NCBI RefSeq assembly: GCF_009914755.1
Contig: NC_060926.1
DNA from: the human T2T-CHM13v2.0 reference genome, Homo sapiens
Direction: 5' to 3' (one strand)
DNA: 64,000 nucleotides
Shown here in pieces: positions 56,101 to 64,000 of the stretch. The notes below the pieces were generated by a model. It saw only the letters and a program-made list of their open reading frames with translations, did not search any database and was not told the DNA's origin. How positions within the stretch are numbered: the first letter of the stretch is position 1; each line of letters starts with the position of its first letter. The position numbers and the translations under genes are program-made.

Positions 56101-59100
56101 TCGATTGTCTTTGACGATCATTCCATTCGATTCAATTTGGTGATTCCATTCGATGATGATTCCGTTCAATTCCATTCGATGAGGATTCCATTCGATTCCC
56201 TTTGATGATGATTCCATTCGATTCCATTTGACGATGATTCCATTCAAGTCCATTTGATGATTCCATTCGATTCCATTTGATGATGATTCCACTCAAGCCC
56301 ATTCGATTATTCCATTCGAGTCCATTCAATGATTCCATTAGATTCCATTCGATGATGATTCCATTCGAGTCCATTCGATGATTCCATTCGATTCCATTCA
56401 ATGATGATTCCTTTCAGGTCCATTAGATGATTCCATTGGATTCCATTTGATGATGACTCCATTAGAGTCCATTCTTTGATTCCATTCGATTCCATTCGAT
56501 GATGATTCTATTCGAGTCCATTCGTTGATTCCATTAGATTCCATTCAATGATGATTCCATTCGAGTCCAATCGATGATTACAGTCGATTCCATTCGATGA
56601 TGATTCCCCTCGAGTCCATTCGATGATTTCCTTAGATTCCATTCAATGATGATTCCACTCAATGCAATTCAATGACTAAATTCGATTCCATTCGATGTTG
56701 TTTCCATTCAAGTCCATTTGATGATTCTATTCGATTCCATTCAATGATGATTCCATTCGTGTCCACTCGATGATTCCATTCTATTCCATTCGATGATTAT
56801 TCCATTAGACTCCATTCGATGATGATTCCTTTCGATTTCATTCTGTGATTCTATTCATTTCCATTCGATGATGATTCCATTCTTTTCCAGTCGATGATTC
56901 CATTCGATGCCATTCGATGATTACATTCGATTACATTCGACGATGAATCCATTCTATTACATTTGATGATTCCATTCGATTCCATTCGATGGGGACTCCA
57001 TTTGATTCCATTCAATGATGATTCCATTCATGTCCATTCGATTGAATTACATTTCATTGCTTTCGATGATGATTCCATTCACGTCCATTAGATGATTCCA
57101 TTTGATTCCATTCATTGATGATTCCATTCAGATTCCATTCGATGATTCCAGTCGATTCCATTTGATGATGATTCCATTCAATTGCATTCAATGATTCCAT
57201 TCGATTCCATTCGAAGATGATTCCCTTCGAGTCCATTAGAAGATTCCATCACATTCCATTCGATGGTGATTCCTTTCCGTTTCATTCAATGATTCCATTC
57301 GATTCCATTTGATGATGATTCCCTTCGAGTCTATGAGATGATTTCATAACATTCCATTAGATGGTGATTCCATTTGATTCCATTCGATGGTGATTCCATT
57401 CCGGTCCATTCGATGATTCCTTTCGATTCCATTTGATGTTGATTCCATTTGAGTCCATTTGATTATTCCCTTTTAATGCATTCCATGATTCCTTTCGATT
57501 CCATTTGATATTGCTTCCATTCGAGTCCATTCGATGATTCCATTTGATTTCATTCAATGATGATTCGATTCAATTCCGTTCGATGATTCCATTTGATTCC
57601 ATTGGATGACAACTCCATTCGCGTCCATTCGATGATTCCTTTCGAGTCCATTTGATGATTCTATTTGGTTCCATTCGATGATGATTCCTTTGAATTCCAT
57701 TCGTTGGTGATTCCATTCGATTCCATTCGATGATGATTCCATTCGATTCCATTCGATGATGATTCCATTCGGTTTCATTCGATGATTCTATTCAATTCCT
57801 TTCTATGATTATTCAATTCTTTTCCATTTGATGATTCCATGTGATTCCATTTGATGATGATTCCATTCCTTTGCATTCGATGATGATTCCATTCAGGTCC
57901 ATTCAAAGATTCCATTCGATTCCATTCTATGATGATTGCATTCGAGTTCGTTTGATGATTCCATTCGACTCCATTCGATGATGATTCCATTCGTTGCTAT
58001 TCAATGACTCTATTCGATTCCATTTGCTGATGATTCCATTCGACTCCATTCAATGATTCCATTCGATTCCATTCAATGAGGATTCCATTCGAGTCCATTT
58101 GATGATTCTGTTCAATTCCATTCGATGATGATTCCTCTCAAATCCATTTGATGATTCCATTCGAGTACATTCGATTATTCCATTTGATTTTATTCGATGA
58201 TGATTCCATTCTTTGCCATTCGATGATTCCATTCGATTCCATTCAATGGTGATTCCATTCGATGCCATTTGATGATTCCATTCAATCCTATTTGATGAAG
58301 ATTCCATTCGAGTCCATTCGATGATTCCGTTCGTTTCCATTTGATGATCATTCCATTTGAATCCATTCGATGATTCCTATCGATTCCATTCGATGACTCC
58401 GTTCAATCCCATTCGATGTTTCCTTTTGATTTTCTTTCACGATCATTCCATTCGATTCAATTTGGTGATTCCATTCGATGATGATTCCGTTCGATTCCAT
58501 TCGATGAGGATTCCATTCGATTCCATTTGATGATGATTCCATTCGATTCCATTTGACGATGATTCCATTCGAGTGTATTTGATGATTCCTTTCGATTCCA
58601 TTAGAAGATGATTCCATTTGATTCCGTTCATTGGTGATCCCATTCAATTCCATTCAATGATTCCATTCCATTCCATTCAACAATGATTCCATTTGATTCC
58701 ATTTGATGATTCCTTCCGCTTGATTGCATTTGATGATGATTCCATTCGATTCCATTCGATGATGATTGCCTTCAATTCCATTCGATGATTCCATTCGATT
58801 CCATTCGATGACGATTCGGTTTGGTTCCATTTGATGATTCCATTCGAGTCCATTCGATGATTCCATTCGATTCCATTTGATGATGATTCCATTTGAGTCC
58901 ATTCCATGATTCCATTCGAGTCCATTTAATGATTCCATTCATTCGAGTCCATTTGATGATTCCATTCGATTGCATTTTATGATTATTCCATTCGTGTCCA
59001 TTAGATGATTCCATTCGTGTCCATTCAATAATTCCATTCAATTCCTTTCGATCATTCCATTCTATTCTATTTGACGTTTCCATTCGAGTCCTTTTGTTCA

Positions 59101-59717
59101 TTCATTCGTGTCCATTCGATGACTCCATTCGATTCCATTTGATGATGATCCCATTTGATGATGATTCCATTCGAGTCCATTTGATGACTGCATTTGATTC
59201 CATTTGATGATGATTCCATTCGTGTCCATTAAATGTTTTTGTTCTATCCCATTCAATGAGGATTCCCTTCAAATCCATTTGATGATTGTATTCAAGTCCA
59301 TTCAGTGATTGCTTTCGGTTCCATTTGATATTGATTCCCTTTGATTCCATTCGATGAGTGTTCCATTCGATGTCATTCTATGATTCCATTAGATTCCATT
59401 TGATGTTGATTGCATTTGATTCCATTTCATTATTCTATTCGATTTTTTTTGATGACGATTCCATTCGATTCCATTCAGTGATTCCAGTTCATTACAGTTG
59501 ATGATGATTCCTTTCGATTCCATTCGATGATTCCATTTGATTCCAATCGATGATGATTCCATTCGAGTCCATTCGATGATTCCATTCGATTCCATTCAAT
59601 GATGATTCCATTCGAGTCCATTCAATGGTGAGTCCATTGGATTCCATTCGGTGATGCCATTCGATTCCGTTCTATGATTGCATTCGATTCCATTTGATGA
59701 TTCCCTTCGATTCCATT
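50186..59717 (+). repeat. Multiply rearranged higher-order interval, 9532 bp
   Basis: Anchors at 50186 and 59718. Ectopic patch at ~52700-52950 and register jumps at ~55910, ~57395 and ~58570. Confidence 0.87.
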
Positions 59718-62700
59718 CAAAGTTTATTCCATTCGAGTCCGTTTGATAATTCCATTCGATTCCATTCTCCGATGATTCCACTGGAGTCCGTTCGATGATT
59801 CCATTCAATTCCAGTTGATGGTGATTCCATTCGAGTCCATTTAATGATTTCCTTGGATTCCATTTGATGATGACTCCTTCCGGTTCCATTCCATGATGAT
59901 TCCATTGGGTTCCATTAGATAGTGATTCCATTCAAGTCCATTCGATGATTCCATTCGATTCCATTCGATGATGATTCCATTCCGGTCCATTCGATGATTC
60001 CTTTCGATTCCATTTGATGTTGATTCCATTTGAGTCCATTTGATTATTCCCTTTGAATGCATTCCATGATTCCTTTCGATTCCATTTGATATTGCTTCCA
60101 TTCGAGTCCATTCGATGATTCCATTTGATTTCATTCAATGATGATTCGATTCAATTCCGTTCGATGATTCCATTTGACTCCATTCGATGACAACTCCATT
60201 CGAGTCCATTCGATGATTCCTTTCGAGTCCATTTCATGATTCTATTTGGTTCCATTCGATGATGATTCCTTTGAATTCCATTCGTTGGTGATTCCATTCG
60301 ATTCCATTCGATGATGATTCCATTCAATTGCATTCGATGATGATTCCATTCGATTCCATTCGATGATGATTCCATTCGGTTTCATCCGATGATTCTATTC
60401 AATTCCTTTCTATAGTTATTCAATTCTTTTCCATTTGATGATTCCATGTGATTCCATTTGATGATGATTCCATTCGTTTGCATTCGATGATGATTCCATT
60501 CAGGTCCATTCAAAGATTCCATTCGATTCCATTCTATGATGATTGCATTCGAGTTCATTTGATGATTCCATTCGACTCCATTCGATGATGATTCCATTCG
60601 TTGCTATTCAATGATTCCATTCGATTCCATTTGCTGATGATTCCATTCGACTCCATTCAATGATTCCATTCGATTCCACTCAATGAGGATTCCTTTCGTG
60701 TCCATTTGATGATTCTGTTCAATTCCATTCGATGATGATTCCTATCAAATCAATTTGATGATTCCATTCGAGTACATTCGATTATTCCATTTGATTTTAT
60801 TCGATGATGATTCCATTCGATGCCATTCGATGATTCCATTCGATTCCATTCAATTGTGATTCCATTCGATGCCATTCGATGATTCCATTCAATCCTATTT
60901 GATGATGATTCCATTCGTGTCCATTCGATGATTCCGTTCTTTCCATTCGATGATGATTCCATTTGAATCCATTCGATGATTCCTATCTATTCCATTCGAT
61001 GACTCCGTTCAATCCCATTCGGTGTTCCCCTTCGATTGTCTTTGATGATCATTCCTTTCGATTCAATTTGGTGATTCCATTCCCTGATGATTCCTTTCGA
61101 TTCCATTCGATGAGTATTCCATTCGGTTCCATTTGATGATGATTACATTCGATTCCATTTGACGATGATTCCATTCGAGTCCATTTGATGATTACATTCG
61201 ATTGCATTTGATGATGATTCCACTCAAGCCCATTCGCTTATTCCATTCGAGTCCATTCAATGATTCCATTAGATTCCATTCGATGATGATTCCATTCGAG
61301 TCCACTCGATGATTCCATTGTATTCCATTCAATGATGATTCCTTTCAGGTCCATTAGATGATTCCATTAGATTCTATTTGATGATGACTCCATTAGTGTC
61401 CATTCTTTGATTCCATTCGATTCCATTCGATGATGATTCTATTCGAGTCCATTCGTTGATTCCATTCGATTCCATTCAATTATGATTCCATTCGAGTCCA
61501 ATTGATGATTACAGTCGATTCCATTCGATGATGATTCCCCTCGAGTCCATTCGATGATTCCACTCGAGTCCATTCGATGATTTCCTTAGATTCCATTCAA
61601 TGATGATTCCACTCAATGCAATTCAATGACTAAATTCGATTCCATTCGATGTTGTTTCCATTCAATTCCATTTGATGATTCTATTCGATTCAATTCAGTG
61701 ATGGTTACATTCGTGTCCACTCGATGATTCCATTCTATTCCATTCGATGATTATTCCATTAGACTCCATTCGATGATGATTCCATTCGATTTCATTCTGT
61801 GAATCTATTCATTTCCATTCGATGATGATTCCATTCTTTTCCAGTTGACGATTCCATTCGATGCCATTCGATGATTACATTCGATTACATTCGACGATGA
61901 CTCCATTCTATTCCATTTGATGATTCCATTCGATTCCATTCGATGAGGATTCCATTTGATTCCATTCAATGATGATTCCATTCATGTCCATTCGATTGAA
62001 TTACATTTCATTGCTTTCGATGATGATTCCATTCACGTCCATTAGATGATTCCATTTGATTCCATTCATTGATGATTCCATTCAGATTCCATTTGATGAT
62101 TCCATTCGATTCCATTTGATGATTCCATTCAATTGCATTCAATGATTCCATTCGATTCCATTCGATGATGATTCCCTTCGAGTCCATTAGAAGATTCCAT
62201 AACATTCCATTCGATGGTGATTCCTTTCCATTTCATTCAATGATTCCATTCGATTCCATTCGATGATGATTCCCTTCGAGTCCATGAGATAATTTCATAA
62301 CATACCATTCGATAGTGATTCCATTTGATTTCATTCGATGGTGATTCCATTTGATTCCATTCGATGATTCCTTTCGTGTCCATTCGATGACACCATTGGA
62401 TTCCATTCGATGATTTCATTCGTTTCCACTTGTTGATGATTCCATTCGATTCCATTCGATGATGATTCCATTCGATTCCCTTCATTGATGATTCGATTAG
62501 ATTCCATTTGATGATGATTCCATTCGATTCCATTCAATGAAGATTCCATTCAATTCCATTTGATGATGATTCCATTTGACTCCATTCAATGATGATTCCA
62601 TTCGATTCCATTCAAAGATTCAATTCGAGTCCATTCAATGATTCCATTCGATTCCACTTGATGATGATTCCTTTCAAGTCCATTCAATGATTCCATTCAA

Positions 62701-64000
62701 TTCCATTAGATAATAATTCCTCTCAAGTCCATTCAATGATTCCATTCAGTTGCATTCGATGATTCCATACGATTTCATTCGATGATGATTCCATTTGAGT
62801 CCATTTGATGATTCCATTAGATTCCATTCGAGCATAATTCCTTTCGAGTCCATTCGATGATTCCATTCAATTCCATTCCATGATGATTCCATTTCATTCC
62901 ATTCAATGATGATTCCATTCGAGTCCATTCTATGATTCCTTTCTATTCCATTCGTTGATTCCATTCAATTCCATTCGATGATGATTGCATTCGACGACAT
63001 TCAATGATTCCAATCGATTCCATCTGATGATTGGAGTCCATTCGGTGATTCCTTTAGATTCCACTCAAAGACGATTCCATTCAATTCCATTCCATGATAC
63101 CATTCGATTCCATTCATTGATGATTCCATTTGATTCCATTTGATGATTCCATTTTATTCCATTCGATGATGATTCCATTCCATTCCATTTGATGATTCCA
63201 TTCCATTCCATTAGATGTTGATTCCATTCGTGTCCACTTGATGATTCCATTCTTTTCCGTTCGACCATGATTCCATTCGATTCCATTCGATGATTCCATT
63301 CGATTGCATTCGATGATTCCATTCGAGTACATTCGATGATTCCACTCGATTCCATACGATGATTATTCCATTGGAGTCAATTTGGCGATTCCTTTAGGTT
63401 CCACTCGAAGATGATTCCATTTGATTCCATTCGATTATAACATTCGATTCCATTCATTCATGATTCCATTCAAGTGCATTTGATGATAACATTCGATTCC
63501 ATTTGATGATGATTCCATTCGTTTCCACTTGATTATTCATTTCCATTCCATTCAGTGATGATTCCATTAGAGTCAATTCGATGATTCCGTTGGAGTCCAT
63601 TTGATGATGATTCCATTCAGTGATTCCATTCAATTCTATTTGATAATGATTCCAATCGATTCCATTCGATGTTGATTCCATGGGATTCCATTCTATGATT
63701 TCATTCGTTTGCATTACACAATGACTCCATTCGATTCCATTTGATGATTCCATTCGATTCTATTTGATGATGATTCCATTTGATTCCATTTGATGATGAT
63801 TGCATTCTATTCAATTCGATGATGATTCCATTCGGGTCCATTAGATGATTCCATACGATTCCATTCGATGACGATTCCATTCTATTCCATTCAGTGATTA
63901 TTCCATTCGGGTCCATTATATGATTCCATTCGATTCCATTCGATGATGATTCCATTCGTGTCCATTCGATGATTCCATTCTTCTCCATTCGATGATGATT
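59718..64000 (+). repeat. Partial higher-order unit (collinear, runs off the window end)
   Basis: Landmarks follow canonical order from the anchor at 59718 to the TTCTTCTCC landmark at ~63980. Confidence 0.9.

Larger units (their letters stand above)
1..64000 (+). repeat. Human Satellite II (HSat2/HSATII) pericentromeric tandem array, CATTC strand on +
   Basis: Seen: continuous diverged (CATTC)n with frequent CATTCGATTC, GATGATGATTCC and CGAGTCC motifs, 23/26-bp monomers, and very dense TaqI (TCGA) and HinfI (GANTC) sites. Established: these features distinguish HSat2 from HSat3, which has long pure CATTC runs. No strand switch seen. Confidence 0.97.

Noticed and set aside
72-63988. Hundreds of minus-strand ORFs encoding MESSNGIEWNH-like repeats (up to 200 aa, e.g. 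20457-21059 and 47844-48446)
   Set aside because: These are translations of the GAATG strand, which is ATG-rich and stop-poor. They overlap in all frames, are frameshifted by 23/26/49-bp indels and show no gene structure. Database 'proteins' like these are typically satellite contamination or spurious predictions.
1-64000. CRISPR-like periodicity of 23-26 bp repeats
   Set aside because: No unique spacers, no leader and no cas genes; the sequence between motifs is the same satellite.
1-64000. HSat3/DYZ1 or alpha satellite assignment
   Set aside because: Pure CATTC runs are rare and short, CATTCGATTC/GATGAT dominate, and there is no 171-bp monomer or CENP-B box.
1-64000. Inversion or mobile element insertion
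   Set aside because: No GAATG-strand segment, poly(A) tail, target-site duplication or non-satellite sequence was seen on reading. A very short one could have been missed by eye.

Overview
The whole 64 kb window is one uninterrupted, single-orientation array of classical human (hominid) Satellite II (HSat2/HSATII). The + strand is diverged CATTC/CATTCGATTC/GATGATTCCATTCGAGTC sequence built from alternating 23- and 26-bp monomers (49-bp dimer). I found no genes, RNA genes, transposon insertions or inversions; all listed ORFs are repeat artefacts. The real content is architecture. A ~6.3-6.4 kb higher-order unit is marked by the anchor CAAAGTTTATTC at 73, 10172, 16519, 22885, 29289, 39507, 43859, 50186 and 59718. 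It is intact four times and is otherwise rearranged by a 3x1806-bp triplication, a 147-bp duplication, kb-scale in-register deletions/duplications, a composite 506-bp insertion, an ectopic ~240-bp patch and a near-identical ~5-6 kb block repeated 10.7 kb apart. Also visible are sequence-variant domains, recurrent GA>TT doublet substitutions, a length-variable (ATTCC)n tract and one DUX4-like site per unit. I see no support for a novel protein- or RNA-coding system. Positions were read by eye, and breakpoints are uncertain by tens of bp because of microhomology.
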